Both the position numbers and the translations under genes were made by a program. Below, one piece after another: positions 21,701 through 35,029 of a DNA stretch of 64,000 nt (the first letter of the stretch is position 1; every line of letters begins with the position of its first letter). The DNA lies in contig OX597838.1 of assembly GCA_951406725.2 (NCBI GenBank), positions 4,836,001 to 4,900,000 on the forward strand. Direction: 5' to 3'. This DNA is from Octopus vulgaris (lineage: Eukaryota). Below the pieces are notes generated by a model. The model was given only the letters and a program-made list of their open reading frames with translations. It had not been told where the DNA came from and ran no database searches.

Positions 21701-22719
21701 ACGTGTATATATATCAAACATTCTCTCTCGCTCTCATAATCTGTCTTCTCAGCTTCACTTCTTTCTTTTCCCTTTCATTCTCGCTCTCTCCTTATCTCTC
21801 TCTCTCTGTCTATATCTCTCCCCACCTCTCTGTCTGTCTCTCTGCCTGTTTCTCTCTCTCTCTCAGTCTTACGTCATTGTGCTTCTATATTTACTGTTAA
21901 TATTTTCAGACTTTTTCCCCTCTCACCGTCTCTCTCTGTCTCTCTTGTTAAATCCTCGCATTTTTCTCGTCTCTCAGTATCTCCCTCTCTCTGTTCCCTT
22001 TATCTTTCTGCATCCTTACTATCTCTCTCTCTCTCTCTCTTTCTTTCTCACACTCTTTCTCGCTCTCCTGCACTTTTAGTCTATCTGTTCTTTCCAGACT
22101 ATCAACTATAATATTAAAAATATGAGTTTTCATTGCCCAAAAGATTTCAGAAACAAATAACGTTTGACAGATTAACCGTAAAACAATGCAGCTAACTTTA
22201 TAACAGCAATAAAAAAGAGAGAAAAAGAAAAAAAAACCCAAAACAAAAGAAAAAACAACAAAAAATCAAGAAACAAAAAAGGACACACAGACAAAAAAAC
22301 CTCAAAACAAAACACGTTGGTCGTTAAACGTCCATTATACAAAACTCCCGCGCATGCGTACACTAACAGTACACCAACGCTTCACAGCAACCATTATAAG
22401 ACATGGCGGAAGAAATATCCGTGTTTAGGAAATCACAGTTTCCTTCCATTTTGTTTTTAGTGAGAAACGGTCATAAAAACGTGGAGGAATTCTGGGAAAC
22501 TAACATATACTTTTGACAGTTATTATCACGAATCCTGACTGTTGATTATAATGTTCGAACGAACGTAATTCCGGATTGAATAACCAAACAGATTGTTTGC
22601 TTTCGCTCTATTTACATTCACTTACGAACAGAAATTGCGTTCGTTTTTTTGTTTTAATAGATTTCACCTTGTTTTGAACCATCAATGTGAATTTGATCAC
22701 ATCTGTACTAACAAAGTTG

Positions 22720-22758
<39 letters not shown>

Positions 22759-22908
22759 CACGCACACACTAGCACGCATAAACACGAATGTACCCACACA
22801 TACGTGTGTAAGTTTATATCTGTATATATATATATATATACATACATACATACATATATATATATACATACACACATATACATACATACATATACACATA
22901 CACACACG

Positions 22909-22940
<32 letters not shown>

Positions 22941-23228
22941 CACACACACATATATATACATAAAATCAAAATAAGCAACAAGGATATCCAGAGGTAATAC
23001 AGTACGATCGTTTCATGCAACTCCATTTAATTAAACAATGCAATCATTGAATCAAATTAAAATACAGTGCATGTTCATTGTCTATCTCCTTAACGTCTTT
23101 GAGATTTTAGGTGGAATTATACTAAGTATATATATATATATATATATATACATATATATAAAATATTATTAGAGACAAAACCACTATTTTGCAAAACAAA
23201 CAAGGAAAGACTTAATCAATACATAAAA

Positions 23229-23540
<312 letters not shown>

Positions 23541-24101
23541 TATATATATATATATATTTATATATATATGCACATGTGTATGTCCATATGTGTGTTTGTG
23601 GCTTCGAATTACTTTTCACCTTTGTTGTGAAAAGTAATTCTAAAAATTTTTATTGAGACAAAGTATTACAAATCCTAGGGCCCCAAAAATTACAGGTATA
23701 AATTTGAACTTGCAATCTGGTTTGTATGTATGTATGTATGCATGTATATATGAATAATATGTATGCTTGTATATGCGAGTGTGAATTTATGGAAGTATAT
23801 ATATATTTTTCTGAAAAAAGTTTTCTTTTTTAAAAGTGAATAGTATGTGGAAAAATTAGCAATTTTGACATAAACTCTCAATATTAAATATTTCTAAAGA
23901 ATTGACATTCACTCCATATCAAAAGAGATTTCTGATTTGAAGGTAGGTTGATAAGTGATTTCAAGTGTCTCTCTATAAATACATACATGCATGCTCCCCC
24001 ACCACACACAGATAGATAGATATACGTCAAAGTCTATAGATTATTGAAGATGTCTCTCACACTCTCTGCTTCCATCCCTCTCTCTCTCTCTCTCTCTCTC
24101 T

Positions 24102-24144
<43 letters not shown>

Positions 24145-24205
24145 CCAATAGGGAGAGACAGAGAGAGAAAGTGTCACACTATATATTTAGGTATGTGTGT
24201 GTGTG

Positions 24206-24241
<36 letters not shown>

Positions 24242-24590
24242 GCAAATGCCTCACAATTGTGCGCATAAATATTTCTATATTCTGCATTTAAATACCCTTA
24301 TTTCCATAAAGAAATATAAACTATTTCAGAGCGTAAAATTATTTTGAGAAATCTGTACTGTTAATGAGGTGTGTATACACAAAACCAGTCACCTTAACAG
24401 ACACAAAGCCAGTCAGAAAGACACTTTTCTACATAGGCATACAAATACACACACAAAAACACGCATATATATATATATATACATTTACATATACATACAC
24501 ACACACGCTTATATACATATATAACTATGTATTCATATTTACATATACATACATATGTATACATATCTATATATGTTCATGTATGTGTGC

Positions 24591-24634
<44 letters not shown>

Positions 24635-24875
24635 ATATATATATGTGTGAATATATGTTCATATGTGTAAGTATACATATATATATGTGTGTGTGTATGT
24701 ATATCCCTATATAAAATGAATATTTAACACAATAAAACTGGTTATATGTTTAATCGCGGTATACAATACAATAAAAGAAAGGCACAGGGAATATATAAGA
24801 CAAACTGTAGAACGAACCAACACACGCACTTACGTATGCACATTCTCACACACACACACACATACGCACAAGTAC

Positions 24876-24940
<65 letters not shown>

Positions 24941-25479
24941 TATACGCATGCGTGTATATGATATTTTAGCGATAGGCAAAACTCTAACGACTTCTTCAGT
25001 TATTTTACGGAGACAATCAAATTTCTGTAGAAGTGGGAATATTGCATAAGCATTAATTTTGGAATTTAATGCATCCCATTTTTTGAGCCATTAACAGAAA
25101 ATGGGCATTATTAGTATAGAGAATATATACTACATATTTTCTGCCTATTTATATATGTATGCATTTTGCATACATATATATATATATACGTATACGTATT
25201 ATACATATGTGTGTGTATCCATATATTTACATATATATATATGTGTACACACACATACTCTCACACACACATATACACACACATATATATATATATATTA
25301 TAGTAGGCGTGGCTGTGTGGTAATAAACTTGTTTACCAACAGCACGGTTCATTGTTCAGTTCCACTGTATCGCAACTTCGGCAAGTTTCTTTTGCCATAG
25401 CTTTCGGCCAAGCAAATACTTGGGGTGGGGGATTCCGTAAGTGAAAACTGGAAGAAGCCCACCGCCTATATATGTATAC

Positions 25480-25878
25480 TCTTTTGCTATTTTACTTGTT
25501 TCAGTAATTTGACTGTGGAGCACAGCCTTAAGTCTAGTAAATTGACTCCAGGACTTATTCTTTGTAAGCCTAGTATTTATTCTATCGGATCTTTTTTGCC
25601 GAATCGCTAAGTTACGGGGACGTAAACACACCAGCATCTGTTGTCAAGCGATGTTGTGGGGACAAACACAGACATACAAGCATACACACACACACACACC
25701 TATATATATATAAACATATATACGACGGGCTTCTTTCAGTTTCCGTCTACCAAATCCACTCACAAGGTTTTGTTCAGACCGAGGCTACAGTGGAAGACAC
25801 TTGCCCAAGGTGCCACGCAGTGGGACTGAACCCAGAACCATGTCGTTGGTAAGCAAGCTATTTACAGCCACTCCTACG
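25480..25878 (-). mobile_element. SINE family B, full length (opposed + strand head fragment at 25305-25450)
   Basis: Complete tail-microsatellite-head structure. Confidence 0.85.
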
Positions 25879-26173
25879 CACACACACACACACACACACA
25901 TATATATACTATATTGTGTATGTAAGTACATATATAAATGTCTAAGTTCTCTACGACTCTTACTTTTCCCTTTAGGTCCTTTCCAACTTTATGCATTCCT
26001 TCCACATTTCTTAATCTCTCCCACCCTCTCTCACATTTCTTGGCACACCTTTCATTCTCATCAATTTCCATTCTCCTGTACCTCGCTCTGTCTCTTTTCT
26101 GTTTTTTCTCTCTTTCTCGTCCTTTCCTGTCTGTCATTGTCGATAAAAAAATCAGCATTGTCGTTCATCTCTG

Positions 26174-26396
26174 GGGCAGAAACGTTAGGACGCCGGGCGA
26201 AATGCGTAGCTGTATTTCGTCTGTCGTTACGTTGTTAGTTCAAATTCCGCCGAGGTCGACTTAGTCTTTCATCCTTTCGGGGGTCGATAAATTAAGTACC
26301 AGTTACGCACTGGGGATGATGTAATCGACTTAATGTCTATGTCTGTCTGTGTTTGTCTCCTCTATGTTTGGTCCCTTGTGGGTAATAAAGAAATAG
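26174..26396 (+). mobile_element. SINE family A
   Basis: GGCAGAAACGTTAG...CCCTTGTGGGTAATAAAGAAATA. Confidence 0.88.
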
Positions 26397-26627
26397 GTTT
26401 CGTATCGACTAAACTTGGTGTATACTCTGTTTCTTAATTATGCTGCTTCAAATGATATAAATATTACAACCAAAACAATCCACTCAACTTAAAAGAGATC
26501 ATACAGAAGAGACATCACCATTAACACCAGAATTAACACCAAAATTTAACGCCAAAACTCCGAACTAATCACTTCATGCATATACAAAATTTTAAAAACT
26601 TTATTATCAGTGTGACCTCACTTTCCC

Positions 26628-27270
26628 GACTCCTTCCTCTCTTTTGTCAAATCTTTCCATCCCCCCCTCCACTTCTACTGCACTATCTTTGACAACTCTC
26701 TCTCCTTTCTTGACGTTTCGGTTAGCATTCAAAACTCCACCCTCACCACCTCCATCCACTACAAACTTAAGGACACTCCGTCGGTTACAACGACGAGGGT
26801 TCCGGTTGATCCGATCAACGGAACAGCCTGCTCGTGAAATTAACGTGTAAGTGGCTGAGCACTCCACAGACACGTGTACCCTTAACGTAGTTCTCGGGGA
26901 TATTCAGCGTGACACAGAGAGTGACAAGGCCGGCCCTTTGAAATACAGATACAACAGAAACAGGAAGAAAGAGTGAGAGAAAGTTGTGGTGAAAGAGTAC
27001 AGCAGGGATCACCACCGCAGGGATCACCTGCCGGAGCCTTGTGGAGCTTTTAGGTGTTTTCGCTCAATAAATACTCACAACGCCCGGTCTGGGAATCGAA
27101 ACCGCGATCCTACGACCGCGAGTCCGCTGCCCTAACCACTGGGCCATTGCACCTCCACATCCACTACAAACACACAGAGTCACACACATACCTCAACTTC
27201 TCCTCCTACCACCCTATACACACCAAGCTTTCTATTCCCAATTCCTCCGTCTATGCAGGCTCTTTCTCTC
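26628..27270 (+). mobile_element. Penelope-like element reverse-transcriptase fragment, interrupted by a SINE
   Basis: DSFLSFVKSFHPPLHFYCTIFDNSLSFLDVSVSIQNSTLTTSIHYK | HTESHTYLNFSSYHPIHTKLSIPNS matches the PLE FHP.L.F / FLD / YKPT.S..YL...S.HP motif series. Confidence 0.85.
26774..27156 (-). mobile_element. SINE family C (tRNA-derived), intact, 14-bp TSD
   Basis: TSD CATCCACTACAAAC at 26753-26766 and 27158-27171; head TGGCCCAGTGGTTAGGGCAGCGGACTCGCGGTC...GGTTTCGATTCCC; close copy at 56192-56543. Confidence 0.9.
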
Positions 27271-27489
27271 CGTTGCAACTGGAACAAAACAGACGTGTTC
27301 TTTGTCTCCTGTCCTACCTTGATTTACGCGTTCACCAACCAACTAAGTTAAGGCTTGGCAGCCCTTCCTGTATATATATATTTCACTGTCCTGTATATGT
27401 TGCCTATTTCGATTCTCCGCAAAATCCCAAATTGTATTTAATTTGCTTTGCGGGAGCAACTATTCTATCGAAAGCGTATATTGTTGTTA

Positions 27490-27670
27490 AATGCTCGAAA
27501 TATGAGACTAGGAAAAACAGGCAACAACTGATGAAGGGTCGTTCGTTACGTTGTTTCTTTTGTGTTCTGCTTGTGTCTTTCGTTGCTCGAAAGAATTGTT
27601 CATGTTCCATGTACTCAAGCTTCGTATATTTCTCTTGTACACGTTTCGTGACGTCCTGTTCCCACATATG
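27490..27670. repeat. Dispersed ~180-bp repeat (second copy 47780-47955), possibly a Penelope-like terminal repeat
   Basis: Two clearly homologous copies, both abutting (AT)n. Confidence 0.65.
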
Positions 27671-27732
27671 CATATATATATATATATATATGTATAGATG
27701 TATGTATGTACATACACGTACGTATATATGCT

Positions 27733-27766
<34 letters not shown>

Positions 27767-27807
27767 CATACGTATAGATGCATGTTCATATACGTGACAA
27801 TATATGC

Positions 27808-28073
27808 ATATATTCCCGAAGAACCTAAGAGACCTGCATGGGGTAGATGCAGATGTCTTTAAAATGAAACTGGATCTCTTCCTGTCAGGTATCCCAGATG
27901 AACCAACTTCACGGCAGGAGGTGCAGATGAGGGCAGCTGCATCGAACTCTTTCATGCACCAAATGGCAGTTGCTAAAAAAGCTTTCGTGAAGTAAAACCA
28001 TGTAGCAACACCAAATGGCGGTGCCCCAGCATGGCCACATCTCATGAGCTGAAACTAGAATCAATCAATCAAT

Positions 28074-28076
<3 letters not shown>
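27808..28076 (+). mobile_element. CR1-group LINE 3' end with (AATC)n tail
   Basis: [32 protein letters not shown]...RAAASNS (FK.KLD.FL C-terminal motif), short 3' UTR, tetranucleotide tail. Confidence 0.8.
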
Positions 28077-28126
<50 letters not shown>

Positions 28127-28338
28127 CTATATTATTATATATATATATACACACACCCATATAACTACCGATATACATGTGTGCATATGTGCGCGCCTGT
28201 GTGTATGTGTGTGTGTTTGTGTGTATTTGTGTGTGTGCCTGTGTATGCTCAAATACTACAAAGCAGCTGGTGTTGTTCTATGCAGGAAGCAATTATATTA
28301 CACAATAAAATCGATCGAAATAGTGCATTGTAAGTACA

Positions 28339-28400
<62 letters not shown>

Positions 28401-28474
28401 GTATATATATACGTGCATATATAAATGCATATATCTTCATATATATATATGTCTATGTACATAAATATATATCA

Positions 28475-28566
28475 GCTCCCATACCCCAATCGGTAGAGCA
28501 CCACACTTTTAATCAGTATTTAAATATATGGTCTGAGGGCCGTGGTTTCAAGTCTCCCTGTGTGTA
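28475..28566 (+). pseudogene. tRNA-Lys(TTT)-like pseudogene with 19-nt insert at the canonical intron position
   Basis: Colinear with eukaryotic tRNA-Lys(UUU): A.TCGGTAGAGCA, CTTTTA, [28512-28530], TCTGAGGG, GTTTCAAGTC. Acceptor, D and T stems are mispaired; T-runs lie downstream. Confidence 0.7.
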
Positions 28567-28666
28567 TGTAATTTTAACTTTTAAGGGTCTGCTGCGGCAT
28601 GGCCGCAGTGAAGTAACTGAAACAGGTTGAGAAACAAAAGAATATATACGCTGCGTTCATACACAA

Positions 28667-28709
<43 letters not shown>

Positions 28710-29475
28710 CGTATGTATGTATATATATATATATATATATATAAATATATGTATATTTAACTTGACTTTGGTACGATATGAACTCACAACAGGGCAATAT
28801 GCTGCTCTACAGACATTCATGACTGATGCAGACCCGCCTTGATACTCTGACTTTATATATACTGTCTACGCGAGCGTATATATCAAGCAATCTACACATT
28901 TATCTACATGCATGCCAATATTGTTAGTGTTTCAATTCACCGAATCATTTAATGAGATAGTCCGGACTGTTCCATTGTAGATTTATGTGGAACATTCCAT
29001 TAGTTGGATTCTATTATCTACACAGAATTGAATAACTGATGGCAAAAACGTCTGGATACGAAAATTTATAGTATTTTCAGTGTAATTGCGCACGTATACA
29101 CATGAATATGTACATATACGTTTGACCGTATATATGTGTATATGTAAATATATATACACACTGTGCTAGTATGTATTGTGTGCCTATATATACATATATC
29201 AATGTTCGGAAAGAGGGTGAAAGAACCTGGCTATTGTTTATGGCAGATGTACTACACACACACACATACACACACATACACACACAGACACACATGCGTA
29301 TAATTACACATCCGCACATGCACACACACGCAATCACACACATATATATACATAGAATAAGATAAACATATATGTCAGCAGCAAGATACACATATACATA
29401 CATACGTACATATATATATGTGCGCATACACATCGAGGTAGTTGTATAGTTAAATAAATACCTACGTTGGTAGAT

Positions 29476-29527
<52 letters not shown>

Positions 29528-29660
29528 GCATAGATAGGTAAATATATAGCGAGTTAGATAGATATGCATATTAATAGCGAGCCTACTTACTACCTATCTA
29601 CATAGATAATAAGATAGATAGTTAGATAGCGACAGGGGGACAGATACACAGAGAGAGGGT

Positions 29661-29701
<41 letters not shown>

Positions 29702-29727
29702 GCGTTTAGCTACATAAACATAGAGAA

Positions 29728-29784
<57 letters not shown>

Positions 29785-30130
29785 TATAAGTATAGTCAGA
29801 TAAAGAAGAAGAAGAGTTTGTATATATAGACAACATGATACTTAGATATATACGTTGATGTGTCGATAGATAGAAAGATAGATAGAGAGATAGACTGCGA
29901 GATAAGTTGATGAGAAGAATTGCCAGTTATATTAATCTACCATGTATTTTATGGTCCAGAACTTTCTGTGTAAATTTCCGTGTTTGTGTTTTGTTGTTCA
30001 TACTTTTTACGAGTCTACAGATTTAGAGTTTCAGCTCAATTTATGAAGAACCATAAAAACTGTATACAATAAGTATAAATGCGCGTGCGCAGAATGTAAC
30101 ACACAGGCAAGTGTGCATACATACACACAT

Positions 30131-30187
<57 letters not shown>

Positions 30188-31072
30188 TAGATATACATGC
30201 ATACGTATATGCTTAGACATACATATAGGTGTATTTATATATATATATATACGGGTGCATATTAGCATCATGCATATATCTGTCAAGCTTTTTCTCCCTG
30301 ACTGTATACATACATATACACAGACATGCACGCGCACACACATACCACCATACATATATGGAAAAGCATATACATATAAATATATAATCTATGTATGTAT
30401 ATAGTTATGTATGTATATATATATATATATATATTATATACATACATAACTATATATATATATATATATATATATGTTTATGTCAATATACATATATGAT
30501 CGTACGAAGTATCAATATTATGTATATATATATATATATGAATATATGTAGGTATATACATACATGTATTATATATATATTTATATATTTTTATACGTGT
30601 ATTTATCCAGTTATGTATCTATCAATCTATATATGCATACATATATTCATGCATACATACATATATATTTGCATATTTAATATATATATAAATATATGCA
30701 GAAGAATATATGGAGTATGCGTACGTACATATGTGTGTTTAGGTGAGTATATGTGCATATGTGTGTTTATGTGTGTGTGTGAGTATGTATGTGTGTATGT
30801 GTGTGTATTTCCAACTTAATGAATATCGATCTGCACATATTTTATTCTGACCTAATATTTTGACGTTTTTTTAACATTTGTCTATTCATACGTCTCGAAC
30901 ACATACATACACACGCATACACATACACACATATATGCACACAAATACACACACACTACTATACACACACATATGCACAAATGCATGCACACTGCTGTCG
31001 AACACACATCGTCAAACGTATGTATACGCAGATTGACACATAAAGAATAATAATTTCTGTATATCTAGTATT

Positions 31073-31126
<54 letters not shown>

Positions 31127-31420
31127 CATATATATATATATACATATAATCTATATGTAATGTATATATATAGAAAGACCCCCACACACACACATATATA
31201 TATATGCATATGTATGTACAGACACACACTCACATACACACTCACACCACATATATATATATATTCTTATGTTATGTAGCGGTACGTCTATTCATCTCCT
31301 TTAAAATGGAAATTTATGATCCTAGACATGTAGTTCTCTATACGATTACGAGAATTAATACATGTTTACATAAAGACTCATAATTACGCACATTTTCTTA
31401 TATATATGTACGTATGTAAG

Positions 31421-31522
<102 letters not shown>

Positions 31523-31818
31523 TATAAATATATGTATATTATATATATATATAATATACATATATATATATTTATCATATATTATGCGAATATTCATGTA
31601 TGTAGATGTGTATATGTGTGGGACTCACATTAACTAGCAAGTCGTTATTTCTGTATTTGCCTTCCATTACATCGTCACATAAATAAAATAGAATTGTTTA
31701 TTAGCAATATACCGAGAAACAAGAAACGACAAAGAAACAACAGCAATAATGATGGTGATGATAACGACGACGACGATGATGATGATGATGATTGTGATGA
31801 TGATGATGATGATGATTG

Positions 31819-31855
<37 letters not shown>

Positions 31856-31878
31856 ATGATAATGAAATTAAAAATAAA

Positions 31879-31950
<72 letters not shown>

Positions 31951-31953
<3 letters not shown>

Positions 31954-32401
31954 GTCTGCTTATTGATCGACATTAGCATCCCCTGTGATCATGATATCTT
32001 GGCGAAAGAATTTGACAAGCTCAGAAAATATAAAGACCTGCTCATTGAAATTGAGAAAATGTGGCATCTCAAGGCGGTTACAATACCAGTGATCGCAGGA
32101 GCACTAGGAATGATCAAGAAGGGAACCGAAAATTATATGAGAATGATCCCTGGCTTACCATCCCTGCAAGAAGTGCAAAAGACTGTCTTAACTGGTACAT
32201 CACACGTATTGAGAAGAGCATTGTCGATGTGAGAACTATTACTACCCATGTATTTTAATTTAATTTTTAAAAAAATTAACGAACTAGTGAGTTTAGTTTA
32301 ATGGCCTACCAATGTATACTATGAGTTTCTTTGCCCTAGGAGTCGGAAAGACACTCGGCAAGAAATGGAAGCAAATTTGAAAGAAGGAAAAAAGGAAGAA
32401 A
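31951..32401 (+). mobile_element. Dong/R4-type non-LTR retrotransposon 3' fragment (restriction-like endonuclease end)
   Basis: KVCLLIDISIPCDHDILAKEFDKLRKYKDL..EIEKMW....TIPVIAGALG...LRRALSM*; (AAT)n on both sides. Confidence 0.88.
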
Positions 32402-32414
32402 AATAATAATGATC

Positions 32415-32509
<95 letters not shown>

Positions 32510-32578
32510 TTACCCCAGTGTCACTTTGATGGCATGAACTGCTCTCTCACTCAATAATAATAATAATAATAATAATAA

Positions 32579-33135
32579 TGCCCTGATACAGTACCCAGGC
32601 AGTGGCTTACTGACCTCTGATCTTAACTGATTTAAAGTGTTACCATGTACGTTGTTTTGTCTTGCTATAAAAGATGGGCTACAGCAAATATTCTGCTCAA
32701 TACCACAGATTTGCTTTTGAGTTGTTTGACCATAACCAGTTGATCATGTCACTCACTAGATGATGATATGTGCAACTCTGATCACGAGCAGAAATATTGG
32801 GGGAGCATCATAGCCATGTGTTGAGAAGGATTCTTTGTAATTTGAATAATTCACATTTGGAAAATGGATGTTTCACTTATCCTCCTTAAACTACTCCATT
32901 TCAGGGTCCTTTTGAGTGGTTTGGGTTTCACGACTTGAAAAAAATTCAAACTGGGCCCCACCTGCAAGGTCACGTGCTGTTTATCTTGCTATGAGATCAG
33001 CATGTCTGGCACATGTGGTTGTGATGCATGTGCCTCGTGTAACCTTATCAGACGGGTAGTCATGAATGGTATACTGGGCTTCGTATAAATGTACCCCAGT
33101 GTCACTTTGATGGCATGCACTGCTCTCTCACTCAA
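32579..33135 (+). mobile_element. ~560-bp non-coding interspersed element ending in (AAT)n
   Basis: Colinear second copy at 55262-55785; a 45-bp 3'-terminal piece also occurs at 32511-32555. Confidence 0.75.
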
Positions 33136-33162
33136 TAATATTAATGATAATAATAATAATGA

Positions 33163-33245
<83 letters not shown>

Positions 33246-33312
33246 GTAATAATAATAATAATATGAGATCAGCATGTCTGGCACATGTGGTAGTGATGCA
33301 TGTGCCTCGTGT

Positions 33313-33747
33313 AAAGAGAAATTAAGGCCAACAGACCAGATATAGTTGTCAGAGATCATGAAGAAAAAAAATGCTTTCTAATTGATGTATCAATACCGGC
33401 TGATGACAACGTATCTCTAAAAGAAATGGAGAAACTCTCAAAATACAAAGACCTGGAAATAGAGGTAACTAGAATGTGGAATCTGAAAACAGAAACAATT
33501 CCTATCATAGTAGGTGCATTAGGCATGATAAAAAAATATTCAGACAAATACATAACAAAAACACCAGGACTTACAAACACATATAACATACAGAAAATTG
33601 CACTACTAGGCACTGCACACATCCTACGCAGAACACTTTCCATACAATAACCATCAGAGCATCACAACAAATCACAGCACATACCCAAGGCACACAGAGC
33701 TGCGCTCGGTAGTGAAGTGAAAGCACGCTATAAAAATAAAACTACTG
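33313..33747 (+). mobile_element. Dong/R4-type retrotransposon 3' fragment, second subfamily
   Basis: REIKANRPDIVVRDHEEKKCFLIDVSIPADDNVSLKEMEKLSKYKDLE...PIIVGALG...ALLGTAHILRRTLSIQ*: PD-(D/E)..KxxKY RLE signature; (AAT)n tail. Confidence 0.9.
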
Positions 33748-33961
33748 AATAATAATAATAATAATGATAATAATAATAATAATAATAATAGTTATTAAAA
33801 GAGCCCATTGATGGATGACTATACCTACCAATAGTCACTCTAGTCGATTTTCCTCTGTGTAAGAATAAGTAAATATTTTCTGATATTTTTCTACTTTTTG
33901 CAAAAGATAGATTTGCTTCAGGTCAACGGGTTAAATCGATATATGTTTGCACACGCAAACG

Positions 33962-34011
<50 letters not shown>

Positions 34012-34339
34012 CACACACACACACACTCACATACGCACTGTCACACACGCATATATATATATATATATATACGCATTGTATATCGTTCTTTTGTTGATGT
34101 ATGTGTATATACACAGACGAAAAAAATATTGAAAAGCCTGGTAGTAACTGTGGGTGCGAGTGTTTCTCTGGGTACGTGTGTCCGTGGGTGAGGTGGATGT
34201 GATTCATGAGGAGAACACTGAAACAGTTGGCGGGGTGGTTTGGAGTGAATTCATATAGATGCATACATACATATATGTGTATGCATATGTATAGGTATAT
34301 ATAAATATATATATATATATGTATATATATACATATGTA

Positions 34340-34371
<32 letters not shown>

Positions 34372-34573
34372 AAATCTTGCTCAACAAATATATAAACATA
34401 TATATACATATATATATATGCATAATATATACACACACACATATATATGTATATATATATCTATATATATATATATTGGGTCATCCCATAAATATCGGTT
34501 TTTTTATATACACAAATATACATATATATATATACGTATGATATATATATATACACATTTATAAATACATACA

Positions 34574-34650
<77 letters not shown>

Positions 34651-35029
34651 TATATGTATGCAAGTTCTGTGCATGAATGTATGTACTTGTGTATTCTTCC
34701 TCATAGATTTGCGGGGTTCCTTTTGCTTGTAGACATCTATTATTGAAAACTTGACATGACCAGTTTTAACCTTTTTTTCTTATTAACAAAATATTTCATA
34801 TTTCCATATTATTCGTTTTCTTATTTCTTTTCCTCTTAGCAATAAATATCCAAGTTTGAGTGGTGTCACAAGAAGTTCTCGCTCTTATCTTCTTGATCAG
34901 TGATTCGCAGCCTCTGGGTCGCGACCAAATTTGGCTCTTGGTGTTATTTCGAAAGCATTGCGGAAAGATAATCTTATACCTTATGAATAATTTGGAGAAA
35001 TATATTGTCTTTATAAATATATAAATGAC

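Noticed and set aside
27497-27534. GAAA ... CTGATGA as a type II hammerhead (also 47786-47822)
   Set aside because: The intervening A-rich sequence cannot form stems I and III.
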